Shown here: positions 8,824 through 19,841 of the stretch, piece by piece
Layout of the letters: the number at the start of each line of letters is the position of its first letter
Numbering within the stretch: position 1 is the first letter of the stretch
Notes under the pieces: model-generated
Database searches by the model: none
What the model was told of the DNA's origin: nothing
What the model saw: only the letters and a program-made list of their open reading frames with translations
DNA from: Bermanella sp.
GTDB taxonomy: Bacteria > Pseudomonadota > Gammaproteobacteria > Pseudomonadales > Oceanobacteraceae
Direction of reading: 5' to 3'
Assembly: GCA_034111105.1 (NCBI GenBank)
Contig: JAWUXY010000047.1
Coordinates: 3,519 to 35,518 of the forward strand
Length of the DNA: 32,000 nucleotides
Position numbers and translations under genes: made by a program

Positions 8824-11800
8824 CTAAAATTCTTGCCAGTCATCATCATCATCCTTGACCACTGGGCGACTTGCCGTTGACGGTTTATGCGTCTGTGCCG
8901 TTGAGGCTCTTGGTTTATTGATTGAGGATTGACCTCCCCCATGATGACCGGATGATTGATGCATCGCCATTGGGCTTTGTACATCCGACCCGGATGCCAC
9001 TTTAAAGAAGCCAACTAAATCAAGCATATTTTTCGCTTGTTCGGTCATGGTTTCACTGGCGGCAGATGCTTCTTCAACTAAAGCCGCATTTTGTTGCGTC
9101 ATTTCATCCATCTGACTAATGGCTTTATTAACCTGTTCGATACCACTGGCTTGCTCTTCTGAAGCTGAACTGATTTCTTTAATCATTGTGTTCACTTTTT
9201 CAACAGCTTCGACGATTTCTGCCAATGTTTGTCCTGACTTGTTAACAAGGTCGGTACCGTTATCCACTTTTTCGACACTATCGCGAATAAGGTCTTTAAT
9301 TTCTTTTGCTGCACCTGCGCTGCGCTGCGCTAAGTTACGCACTTCACCGGCGACCACTGCAAAGCCTTTACCTTGCTCACCTGCTCGAGCCGCTTCAACA
9401 GCAGCATTTAGCGCTAATAAATTGGTTTGGAATGCAATCTCATCAATCACGCCAATAATATCTGCAATTTTTTTACTGGACGTATTAATTTCTTCCATCG
9501 CTCCCACTGCCTTGCTAACGACTTGACCACCCTTCTGGGCTTTGTCTTGCGCATTGGCCGCTAAGTTATTAGCGTGAGAGGCGTTCTCGCTGGTTTGACG
9601 CACCGAGCTTGTCATTTCTTCCATGCTAGATGCTGTCTCTTCTAAACTGGAAGCTTGCTCTTCTGTGCGTTGGCTTAAATCTGTATTGCCCTGTGCAATT
9701 TCAGTTGAGCCAGTACTTACGGTATTAGCTGATTCACGAATACGTCCAATGACATCGGTTAATCGTTCGCCTGTGGCGTTGGCATCTTGTTTTAGTTTTC
9801 CGAAAATACCTTGGTAATCAGCCTCTATACGCTCATCTAACTTACCATGAGCCATAGCGTCTAATACGCGCGCGGTGTCGTTAATGACGTTTTCAGAGAT
9901 TGTCATTAAACTATTAAGGCCCATGCATAAGTTTTTAAAGAACCCACTCTTATCATCCACGGTGGCGCGCAGACTTAACTCACCTTTACTTGCAGATTCA
10001 ATAATATTATCAACTTCACGTTCAACCGATACTTCTTCTGTACGATCACTCCATTCAACCACTGTACCTAATCGCTCCCCTTCTGGGTTAACAATTGGGC
10101 TCGCTATTAATGAGAACGTACGTCCACCTACAACAATTTGCGTTTTATAAGTATCTTTTAATGCCGCTAGCATTTGTCGTTGATGGGCAGGGTTTTTATG
10201 GAAAATATCAATATTACTGCCCAATACCTGACTGGCTGAAAATTGAGGTAAATCTTTACGCACATCAGATTCTGCTATGCGTAGCATGCCAGCTACGGCT
10301 TCATTGGTATAAATAACATTTTGATCATTATCAGCAATCATTGTATTCGCTGAACAAGCATCAAGTGCTAAACGAACGCGAGTATTTTCATCCGCTGTGC
10401 GTTTCTGCTCAGCCTCAAAAGTTAACTGTTCTGTTAAATCAAGCCACTCAACAACTGTACCAAGGCGTTTTTCATCTTGCCAAACAGGTGTCGCAACAAG
10501 ATTAAATGTTCTTCCACCTACTACAATTTTGGTTTTATAGACATCTCGAAGCTCACTAAGCATACCTCTCTGATGAGAAGGATTTTTATGGAATCCATCA
10601 ACATTAAATCCCATTAGATTTTTAACATCAAAATTCGGTAAATCTTTCTTAATATCCGATTCTGCATCACTCAGCATTTCAAGGACAGAATCATTTAAAT
10701 ATACGATATTTAATTCTTCATCAGCCATCATTACATTTGCTTGGCATACATCAAGCGCACTTCGTGTACGAGCATTTTCATCTCCTATCCGTTTCAACTC
10801 TGCCTCTGAGGCTAACGCTTCCGTCAAGTCGCGCCACTCAACAACTGTACCAAGGCGTTTTTCATCTTGCCAAACAGGCGTCGCAACAAGATTAAATGTT
10901 CTTCCACCTACTACAATATTGGTTTTATAAACATCCCGAAGGTCACGGAGCATTCCTCTTTGGTGAGAAGGATTTTTATGAAAACCATCGACATTAAAAC
11001 CCATTAGGTTTTTAACATCAAAGTTCGGTAAATCTTTCTTAATATCCGATTGTGCGTCATTCAGCATTTCGCGAACAGAATCATTTAAATATACAATATT
11101 TAATTCTTCATCTGCCATCATTACATTTGCTTGACATACATCAAGCGCACTTCGTGTACGAGAATTTTCAGCCGAAATTTTTTCTTCTCGCTCAGTTCGT
11201 GCTATTTCTTCTGTTTTATCTGTCCACTCAACAACTGTACCTATGCGCTTACCCTCTGCGCTCAATACTGGATTAACAATCAAAGAGAATGTCCGACCAC
11301 CAAGATTTAATTGGGTTTCATGTGTGCCTGATAACTTATCTAACATAGAGCGCTGATAGCTTGGGTCTTTATGGAAGATATCAATATTTTGCCCTAAAAC
11401 TTTATCAACTGAGAAGCTAGGGATGCTTTTTTTGATATCGTTTTCTGCGGTTACAAACATGTCTTTTACACCTTTATTGGTATAAACAAGATTGTATTCT
11501 TCGTCCGCTACCATCAAGCAAGACTCTGCACATGAATCTAATGCACGCTTAATTCGAGTATTGGAGATGCTTTCATTTTTCTGTCTTGTAACGTTAGTTG
11601 CAAATTTAATAACCTTATAAGGCTTACCATCTTCACCTAAAACAGGATTATAAGATGCTTGAATCCAAACTTCTTTACCACCTTTACCAATGCGTTTATA
11701 TTCTTCACTTTCAAATTCACCACTGTTTAATTTCTCCCAAAACATACGGTACTCATTACTTTCTTTAAAGCTAGGCTCTACAAATATACTATGATGCTTC

Positions 11801-12288
11801 CCTTTAACTTCATCGAGTGTATACCCCATAACACTTAAGAAATTATGATTAGCCGTAATAATTGTACCGTCCATGTTAAATTCGATAATCGCTTGTACTT
11901 TATCAATTGCAAACACTTTGGCTTCATTTTCTTTTTGATTACTGGTATCTGTGCTCGACACAATGCCTTTTATGCTATTGCGTAGGTTGACCAGGGTGTA
12001 TATTAATTTAGCTAATTCGTCTTTCCCTTTTGTACTTGGGTCGTAGCTATAATCACCATTAGCAGTGGCGTTTGCACTTCGAGTAGCCAAGACTAACACC
12101 GTCAACAACTTATGCGCTTGCATCCAATGAGCAATAAGCCCCGCTAAACACAACAAACTAAGTACAATTAAAGCATTGCCCGCTTGTTCTTGGGGGATTG
12201 TAATAAAGGCATATACCAAACCAACAAGAGGTAATATCCAAGGCATTATAAATTTATACTGTATGCTCATCCGGCTTAAACTATCCAT
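8824..12288 (-). CDS. Membrane methyl-accepting chemotaxis protein: 2 TM helices, one N-terminal PAS, four tandem ~130-aa PAS units, HAMP-like segments, MA signalling domain, C-terminal DWQEF
   Basis: MA hairpin text [53 protein letters not shown]. The track start at 12300 is a GTG; the ATG at 12288 has AGGTGG upstream and is the more likely start. Confidence 0.93.
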   Translation of the reverse strand: MDSLSRMSIQYKFIMPWILPLVGLVYAFITIPQEQAGNALIVLSLLCLAGLIAHWMQAHKLLTVLVLATRSANATANGDYSYDPSTKGKDELAKLIYTLVNLRNSIKGIVSSTDTSNQKENEAKVFAIDKVQAIIEFNMDGTIITANHNFLSVMGYTLDEVKGKHHSIFVEPSFKESNEYRMFWEKLNSGEFESEEYKRIGKGGKEVWIQASYNPVLGEDGKPYKVIKFATNVTRQKNESISNTRIKRALDSCAESCLMVADEEYNLVYTNKGVKDMFVTAENDIKKSIPSFSVDKVLGQNIDIFHKDPSYQRSMLDKLSGTHETQLNLGGRTFSLIVNPVLSAEGKRIGTVVEWTDKTEEIARTEREEKISAENSRTRSALDVCQANVMMADEELNIVYLNDSVREMLNDAQSDIKKDLPNFDVKNLMGFNVDGFHKNPSHQRGMLRDLRDVYKTNIVVGGRTFNLVATPVWQDEKRLGTVVEWRDLTEALASEAELKRIGDENARTRSALDVCQANVMMADEELNIVYLNDSVLEMLSDAESDIKKDLPNFDVKNLMGFNVDGFHKNPSHQRGMLSELRDVYKTKIVVGGRTFNLVATPVWQDEKRLGTVVEWLDLTEQLTFEAEQKRTADENTRVRLALDACSANTMIADNDQNVIYTNEAVAGMLRIAESDVRKDLPQFSASQVLGSNIDIFHKNPAHQRQMLAALKDTYKTQIVVGGRTFSLIASPIVNPEGERLGTVVEWSDRTEEVSVEREVDNIIESASKGELSLRATVDDKSGFFKNLCMGLNSLMTISENVINDTARVLDAMAHGKLDERIEADYQGIFGKLKQDANATGERLTDVIGRIRESANTVSTGSTEIAQGNTDLSQRTEEQASSLEETASSMEEMTSSVRQTSENASHANNLAANAQDKAQKGGQVVSKAVGAMEEINTSSKKIADIIGVIDEIAFQTNLLALNAAVEAARAGEQGKGFAVVAGEVRNLAQRSAGAAKEIKDLIRDSVEKVDNGTDLVNKSGQTLAEIVEAVEKVNTMIKEISSASEEQASGIEQVNKAISQMDEMTQQNAALVEEASAASETMTEQAKNMLDLVGFFKVASGSDVQSPMAMHQSSGHHGGGQSSINKPRASTAQTHKPSTASRPVVKDDDDDWQEF
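10005..11565 (-). repeat. Four tandem PAS-coding units, ~390 bp each, inside the MCP gene
   Basis: Recurrent FHK(N/D)P...QR.ML and GTVVEW.D.TE motifs at ~130-aa period; the tract acaactgtaccaaggcg recurs at 10451 and 10841, and a variant at 11231. Confidence 0.92.
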
Positions 12289-12300
12289 TTTTGTTACCAC

Positions 12301-12795
12301 CTAGTCATCAATCGTTAAAAGATTTTCAAGTTCTAATAGAATCACCATGTTTTTTTTCACAGTAACCAACCCTTTTATGAAGTTTGAATTCTTATTGTCA
12401 CCTAGCCCTTTATTTTTTGCATCGCCAATGGGTACGTCATACACATCACTGATAGCATCAACAATAATCCCCATTGTTCTCGTCCCATTCGCTGTGAATA
12501 TCTTAAGTACAATCACAACGGTTTCGTCTCCGTATTCCACTTTTGATAAATCAAAACGCAAACGTAAATCCATAATAGGGACAATGGTGCCACGCAAATT
12601 AATTACGCCTTTCAAATACTTGGGGCTATTAGGTATTGGGGTCGCTGACTCCCAACCTCTAATCTCTTGTACCGCTAAAATATCAACCCCGTATTCTTCA
12701 TCTGCCATAATGAACGTTAAATATTGCTCGGTCAGAACCCCATCTTCGAATCCAGCACGCTGATCTTTTTGTTCCACTTCACTCGTTGCAGTCAT
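12301..12795 (-). CDS. cheW: Chemotaxis adaptor protein CheW
   Basis: YLTFIMADEEYGVDILAVQEIRGWESATPIPNSPKYLKGVINLRGTIVPIMDLRLRF. Confidence 0.95.
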   Translation of the reverse strand: MTATSEVEQKDQRAGFEDGVLTEQYLTFIMADEEYGVDILAVQEIRGWESATPIPNSPKYLKGVINLRGTIVPIMDLRLRFDLSKVEYGDETVVIVLKIFTANGTRTMGIIVDAISDVYDVPIGDAKNKGLGDNKNSNFIKGLVTVKKNMVILLELENLLTIDD

Positions 12796-12810
12796 ATGAT
12801 CGGCTTTCCA

Positions 12811-14925
12811 CTATGCGGCTTTATGGCTACCATCAATAATTTTTGATGATGCCCCACTCATTTTTGACAAGCTGCTAATATCCACGATCAGTGCAACGGT
12901 ACCATCGCCTAATATAGTTGCACCTGAAATACCATCTACTCGTTTGTAGTTCTCTTCTAAACTCTTGATAACCACTTGCTGCTGACCTAATAGTTCATCA
13001 ACAACTACGCCCATTTTTTCACCATCGGTTTCAACCACAACAATGATACTTTCTTCAATGGGTTTCTTTTCTTTATCAATATTAAATACGTCATCTAGTT
13101 CAATAATAGGGACATATTCATCACGCAACTGAAGTACATCACTGTGGCCACCAACATGGTTAATGGCACGATCATCTAGCTGAATGGACTCCACAATACT
13201 GACCAAAGGAAATATGTATATTTCATCTCCGACTTTAACAAGCTGACCGTCTAAAATGGCAAGTGTTAGAGGTAATCGAATCACAAAGCGAGAACCGCGA
13301 CCTCTTTCTGAGCTTACTTCGATCGAACCGTTTAATGCTGAGATATTACGACGTACGACATCCATACCCACACCACGACCTGATAAATCACTGACGATGT
13401 CCGCGGTAGAGAAACCAGGTTGAAAAATAAGGTCAAAAATTTGTTCTTGGCTTAGGTTTGCACCTTCTGCCACTAAACCTTTTTCAATCGCCTTTGATAA
13501 TATACGGTCTGAATTTATACCCGCGCCATCATCTTTTATTTCAATGACGATATTACCGCTTTGATGATAAGCATCTAATTTAACCGTACCTGTTTCTGGC
13601 TTGCCTGCTGCAAGACGATCGGCTGGCACTTCAATGCCGTGGTCAATCGAATTGCGAATAAGGTGAACCATTGGGTCGCCTATTTTTTCCATTACCGTTT
13701 TATCAAGTTCGGTATTTTCACCTGACATTAACAGCTCAATTTTTTTATTAAGAGAAATACTCACATCCCGTACTAAGCGAGGGAATCGACTGAATACAAA
13801 GCTAATAGGCATCATGCGAATTTTCATCACACTCTCTTGTAGCTCACGAGTGTTGTGCTCTAATTGCGCTAGCCCTTCTTGTAAACGCTGTACTCTTGAT
13901 ATATCAAAATTTTGCCCAAGTTGCCCAAGCATTGATTGAGTAATCACCAGCTCACCAACCATATTAATTAAGCTATCAACTTTGTCGATACTCACTCGAA
14001 TAGATGAACTTTCTTGCGCCTTTTGTGGTGATTTAGCTTGGGGCTGAGCCTCTACGGCTTCCGCTTTGACGACGGTTTTTTCAGCGGGGGGCGTGGCTGG
14101 CGCAACAACACTCTCTGTTGGTTTTTCTTCACCTGCATTTGATGCATGTTCACCCGATGCTGAACCTGTCGAATCCACACCCATTGACAACGGTGTAATG
14201 ATAATTTCAGCATCATCAATGACCCATTCAAATACTTCATCTATTTCAGATTTTTCAATGGATTTTTCTATACGAATATCCCAAGCCAAATAACATTTCT
14301 CAGGATCAAGCCCAGTTAACTCAGGTAGACGTTGCGTATCGGCAATGACTTGCATTTGATAATCACACAGTTCGGCTAATTGGCGAAACATGCGCGCAGG
14401 TTCATTACCTGTTTGTAAAATAGTTAATTCCGGAATAAACCGAATATGCCAGCCACCGGCTTTATCATCATCTTGTTTGTCTACAGCAGGTGGTGACGGA
14501 GGCTCATCTGGTATGTTTGCATCTGTAGAAGCTGACCCGACATTTAAGATACTTTCAAATTGTGCTTTTAAACTATTGGTTTCAGTTAAGTTTGGATCAT
14601 TACCCGCCTGCAAGTCTTGTAATAACCCTTTGATGCAATCAACACTTTTCAATAGTAAATTCTGAATATCTTGACTCATGGCACGCTTGCCACTGCGTAT
14701 TTGATCTAACAATGTTTCTAGCACATGGGTAAACCCAGCCACTTGGTTAAAACCAAATGTCCCCGCTCCCCCTTTCATTGAATGTGCTGCGCGAAATATC
14801 GTATTGATTATCTCAGCATCAGGTTCCACCAAGTCTAGCTCGAGCAAACCTTGCTCCATAGCATCTAGACCTTCGTAGCTTTCTTCGAAGAATACTTGGT
14901 GAAATTGGCTAAGATCAATACTCAT
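12811..14925 (-). CDS. cheA: Chemotaxis histidine kinase CheA
   Basis: P1 Hpt (IFRAAHSMKGGAGTFGF), dimerisation and HATPase (VHLIRNSIDHGIE, IKDDGAGI, GRGVGMDVVR), C-terminal CheW-like domain. Confidence 0.97.
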   Translation of the reverse strand: MSIDLSQFHQVFFEESYEGLDAMEQGLLELDLVEPDAEIINTIFRAAHSMKGGAGTFGFNQVAGFTHVLETLLDQIRSGKRAMSQDIQNLLLKSVDCIKGLLQDLQAGNDPNLTETNSLKAQFESILNVGSASTDANIPDEPPSPPAVDKQDDDKAGGWHIRFIPELTILQTGNEPARMFRQLAELCDYQMQVIADTQRLPELTGLDPEKCYLAWDIRIEKSIEKSEIDEVFEWVIDDAEIIITPLSMGVDSTGSASGEHASNAGEEKPTESVVAPATPPAEKTVVKAEAVEAQPQAKSPQKAQESSSIRVSIDKVDSLINMVGELVITQSMLGQLGQNFDISRVQRLQEGLAQLEHNTRELQESVMKIRMMPISFVFSRFPRLVRDVSISLNKKIELLMSGENTELDKTVMEKIGDPMVHLIRNSIDHGIEVPADRLAAGKPETGTVKLDAYHQSGNIVIEIKDDGAGINSDRILSKAIEKGLVAEGANLSQEQIFDLIFQPGFSTADIVSDLSGRGVGMDVVRRNISALNGSIEVSSERGRGSRFVIRLPLTLAILDGQLVKVGDEIYIFPLVSIVESIQLDDRAINHVGGHSDVLQLRDEYVPIIELDDVFNIDKEKKPIEESIIVVVETDGEKMGVVVDELLGQQQVVIKSLEENYKRVDGISGATILGDGTVALIVDISSLSKMSGASSKIIDGSHKAA

Positions 14926-14929
14926 GAAT

Positions 14930-15292
14930 TTACCCTAGAACTTTCTTAATGGTGGTAAGAAGTTGATCAGGGTTGAATGGTTTTACGATCCAACCAGTTG
15001 CCCCTGCGCTTTTACCTTCCATTTTTTTATCACCGGCAGATTCGGTGGTGAGCATTAAGATCGGTGTGAATTTATAGCTCGGTAGCTCCCGTAATTTACG
15101 GCACAATTCAATGCCATTCATATTCGGCATATTCACGTCACTCAGTACAAGGTCAACTCCTTGTCCCTGTGCAAACTTTAATGCTTCGGCACCATCACTG
15201 GCTTCTACTACGTCGTGACCCGCCCCTTTTAATGTAAAGCTAACCATTTGGCGCATGGAGGCTGAATCATCTACTGCTAATATTTTTGCCAT
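14930..15292 (-). CDS. cheY: Single-domain response regulator CheY
   Basis: MAKILAVDDSASMRQMV...VDLVLSDVNMPNMNGIEL...ILMLTTES...GWIVKPF. Confidence 0.95.
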   Translation of the reverse strand: MAKILAVDDSASMRQMVSFTLKGAGHDVVEASDGAEALKFAQGQGVDLVLSDVNMPNMNGIELCRKLRELPSYKFTPILMLTTESAGDKKMEGKSAGATGWIVKPFNPDQLLTTIKKVLG

Positions 15293-15308
15293 AAACTAGT
15301 CTCCCGAT

Positions 15309-15590
15309 TTAATGTCCATTCAATCCAATGTGTTCGTCAATGCCCAGCAACTTGGCTGTCGCGACTGTTTGCTCAGAGGGATTTGGCCAAGTGAGCTTAC
15401 GATCATATTTGGCTAATGCCTGATGAAAACTAAGGATAAGTTGTAATGCAGATGTGTCTATTTGCTCGACGCTTGCGGATTGAATTTCGATATCGTTACC
15501 GGATTGAATCAAGCTTTCCATTTGCCCATGCAGCTCCTCTGCCTTAACTATGGTACAGCGAGTACCTAAGTCGATTTTATCCATATCCAT
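15309..15590 (-). CDS. Small STAS domain protein upstream of cheY
   Basis: DIEIQSASVEQIDTSALQLILSFHQAL resembles the STAS/MlaB-type core; 93 aa. Confidence 0.72.
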   Translation of the reverse strand: MDMDKIDLGTRCTIVKAEELHGQMESLIQSGNDIEIQSASVEQIDTSALQLILSFHQALAKYDRKLTWPNPSEQTVATAKLLGIDEHIGLNGH

Positions 15591-15680
15591 TTCTTGTACT
15601 GCCTTTAGCTCATTTATTGATAATGTTAGACGCTAATACAGAGAATGTTTGGGGCGGCAGAAAAATTATTTTATTAATAA

Positions 15681-16130
15681 TTATGAGCTATGAAGGCGAT
15701 GTAGTTGTGCGCCTATTTCATCTAAAAATTTTTGCATCTGTTGGTTTTCTGACGCAATTGCTTGATCATTAAGTCGGGATTCTAACTTTTCGTAGCTCTT
15801 CAACTTTTGATTAAGTGTTTGATAAATAGCTTGAGCTTTTTTAAGTTGCTCTTTAACTTGAAAAATATGGTTATTTTGTTGAGTGATGGCATCGTCTATT
15901 TGACGCATAAATGATTCAAACTGTTGTATCTGTAAACCAGAAACCTTTACGCTGGCTTGGGATTGAAAGTTCTCACGGTAATCTTGCTGGTAACCAAGTA
16001 ATGTATTACTTTTTTCTTGTTCACTATTCAGTTTTTGCTGAAGCGCACCTATATAAGAAAGTGCTTCATTAACCGCATTTTGGGCAATCTGTACTAATGG
16101 TTTGAGTCGTTTTGCGCGTTCGCGGCTCAT
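15681..16130 (-). CDS. fliJ: Flagellar export chaperone FliJ
   Basis: 149-aa coiled-coil protein overlapping the fliI stop by 4 nt; FliJ-like Q/E/K-rich helices. Confidence 0.85.
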   Translation of the reverse strand: MSRERAKRLKPLVQIAQNAVNEALSYIGALQQKLNSEQEKSNTLLGYQQDYRENFQSQASVKVSGLQIQQFESFMRQIDDAITQQNNHIFQVKEQLKKAQAIYQTLNQKLKSYEKLESRLNDQAIASENQQMQKFLDEIGAQLHRLHSS

Positions 16131-17477
16131 GATACGTCAGTTGTATCTTGTGGCTGCGCATTTCGACCAATGGCTTCATTTAATATCATGGTTAACCCTT
16201 CCATACTTTCTTTTAACGTGATGGCTTGGTTTAAGTCTTGTGCTAAATACGCTTTCATTACTGGGTTCAAACGCACAGCAAGATCTAACTCAGGACTGCT
16301 GCCAGGGTTGTATGCTCCAACACTGATCAAGTCTTTATTTTGTTGATACAAGCTATACAAGTATTTAAATCGTTGTGCTGACTTTAAGGTTACAGAATCG
16401 ACAATTTGCGGCATTGCTCGACTGATGGAAGCTTCAACATCGATCGCAGGGTATTGGCCTTCTTCTGCCAAGCGTCGACTTAATACGACATGGCCATCGA
16501 GTATGGCTCGGGCAGAATCAGCAATGGGATCTTGCAGATCATCACCTTCTGTTAATACTGTATAAAATGCAGTGATGGAACCACCTCCCGGTGGACCATT
16601 GCCAGTACGTTCAACCAACTTAGGGATTTTAGCAAACACAGATGGCGGGTAACCTTTTGTGGCCGGCGGCTCGCCAACCGCTAATGCAATTTCACGCTGA
16701 GCTTGGCCATAACGGGTAAGACTATCCATCAATAACAGCACGTCTTTACCTTCATCTCGAAAGTATTCTGAAATAGCGGTGCTCAACGACGCCGCTCGCA
16801 TACGCATAATTGGGCTGTCATCTGCGGGGCTGGCGACTACAACGGCACGCTTTAATCCTTCTTCACCTAATATGTCTTGAATAAATTCTTGTACTTCTCG
16901 ACCACGCTCTCCTACCAAGCCAACCACGACAATGTCGGCGGAAGTAAACCGCGTCATCATACCTAACAGCATACTTTTACCGACACCCGAACCCGCAAAT
17001 AGCCCCATACGCTGGCCTCGACCCACCGTCAGTAAAGCGTTAATTGCTCGAATGCCCACATCCATTGTGTCGCGAATAGGCGCGCGCTTCATTGGATTGA
17101 TGATCTTGCCTTCAAGGCTGATGTATTCGCTGCTAACAATGTCACCAAGGCCATCTAAGGGCTGCCCTGCGCCATTGAGTACACGGCCTAATAAACCAAA
17201 GCCTGCTGGAATTTGGTCACCATCTAAAATTGGTGTGACCTTGGCACCCAGTGATAAACCTTGCACTGGCTCAATGGGCATTAAAAAGAATTTATCACGA
17301 TCAAACCCCACCACTTCAGCTTCTATCTGGCCATTGCCTTGCTCTACCCAGCAGCGATCCCCCACTTTTACTTTGCAACCTACCGCTTCCATAGTGAGGC
17401 CAACCATACGCGTCAACTGACCCGACACTGTGGGTTGGCAATAGTATTCACCATGTTCTTTTAACCAGCGTATGGAT

Positions 17478-17488
<11 letters not shown>
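16127..17488 (-). CDS. fliI: Flagellum-specific ATPase FliI
   Basis: Walker A GLFAGSGVGKSMLLGMM, Walker B VLLLMDSLTRYGQAQREIALAVGEPPATKGYPPSVF. The track start at 17506 is a TTG; the ATG at 17488 (MSLKSIRW) with AGAGGGTG upstream fits better. Confidence 0.96.
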
Positions 17489-18719
<1,231 letters not shown>

Positions 18720-18776
18720 GGTTACTGCACTCTAAAATCGGTTGCGAATGAAGATATTATCAATCGTGTGTAACGG

Positions 18777-19841
18777 CTAAACCATTTGTTCGCCACCGGC
18801 ACCACCTAATACAATTTCGCCTGCATCCGCCATACGACGAGCAATCGAAAGAATTTCTTTTTGTGCTGTCTCCACTTCACTGACTTTAACTGGGCCTTTG
18901 GCCTCAAGATCATCTCGTAATAGCTCGGCTGCACGTTTTGACATATTGCGGAATATTTTCTCTTTAAGATCTTCATCCGCACCTTTTAATGCAATCGTCA
19001 GTAGGTCACCCGATATTTCACGCAACAATACTTGAATACCCCGGTCATCCACTTCGTTAAGGTTTTCAAACACAAACATAAGATCTTGAATTTGCACACC
19101 TAGCTCTTCATCCACTTCTTTAATTTGATCAAGCAATTCACCACTCAAGGTACTATCAAGGTTATTAATAATACCAGCCGAAACTTTCACACCGCCCATT
19201 GCCGTGGTTTGTTGCCCTTGACTACCCGAGAATTGTTTTTCAAGAATATCGTTAAGTTCTTGTAACGCGGATGGTTGCACCGCTTGTAATGATGCAACAC
19301 GCATCATGATGTCGAGTCGTACTTTTTCATCGAAGTTATATAAAATTTCGGCGGCTTGATCACTTTCGAGATACGCGATAACGATGGCTTGAATCTGAGG
19401 GTGCTCATGTCGAATAATATCTGCCACAGCTCGGCTTTCCATCCACTTTAGGGTATCTAAACCTGTGGTATTGCCCCCTAATAAAATACGATCAATCAAG
19501 CCACCTGCTTTATCCGAACCCAATGCTTGGGTCAGCATGTTACGAATATAATCATCAGCCCCTAGACCTAAACCAGTTTGCCCTGATAAGCTGTCTAAAA
19601 ACTCAGCAACAACCCCTTCAACCTGTGTTTGTGAAATATCTTTTAATTGGGCCATGGTTGCACCCACCGACTGCACTTCTTTTGGGCCTAGGTGCTTAAG
19701 CAGTTCAGCTGCGTCTTTTTCACCTAAGCTCATCAACAAAATAGCGGCGCGTTGTTTGTGATCTAAACTGGCAAGCTCACCTTTTGGTGCTGCAGGTGGC
19801 TTGGCTGGTTCAGTCGCTGGTTTTTGCTCATCCTTCGGCAT
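18777..19841 (-). CDS. fliG: Flagellar motor switch protein FliG
   Basis: LDHKQRAAILLMSLGEKDAAELLKHLGPKEVQ and C-terminal MFVFENLNEVDDRGIQVLLREI. Confidence 0.96.
   Translation of the reverse strand: MPKDEQKPATEPAKPPAAPKGELASLDHKQRAAILLMSLGEKDAAELLKHLGPKEVQSVGATMAQLKDISQTQVEGVVAEFLDSLSGQTGLGLGADDYIRNMLTQALGSDKAGGLIDRILLGGNTTGLDTLKWMESRAVADIIRHEHPQIQAIVIAYLESDQAAEILYNFDEKVRLDIMMRVASLQAVQPSALQELNDILEKQFSGSQGQQTTAMGGVKVSAGIINNLDSTLSGELLDQIKEVDEELGVQIQDLMFVFENLNEVDDRGIQVLLREISGDLLTIALKGADEDLKEKIFRNMSKRAAELLRDDLEAKGPVKVSEVETAQKEILSIARRMADAGEIVLGGAGGEQMV

Noticed and set aside
9119-9526. Several plus-strand ORFs opposite the MCP, cheA, cheW, fliG and fliF genes
   Set aside because: They oppose long well-supported coding sequences and show no protein family features; typical shadow ORFs.
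10005-11565. Regularly spaced repeats considered as a CRISPR-like or mobile array
   Set aside because: The 390-bp periodicity is in-frame PAS domain duplication within one CDS; repeats are far too long and have no spacers.
15591-15680. Searched for a sigma-54 promoter ahead of the STAS-cheYAW block
   Set aside because: No GG-N10-GC motif found on the minus strand in the fliJ-STAS gap; only AT-rich sequence with weak symmetry.
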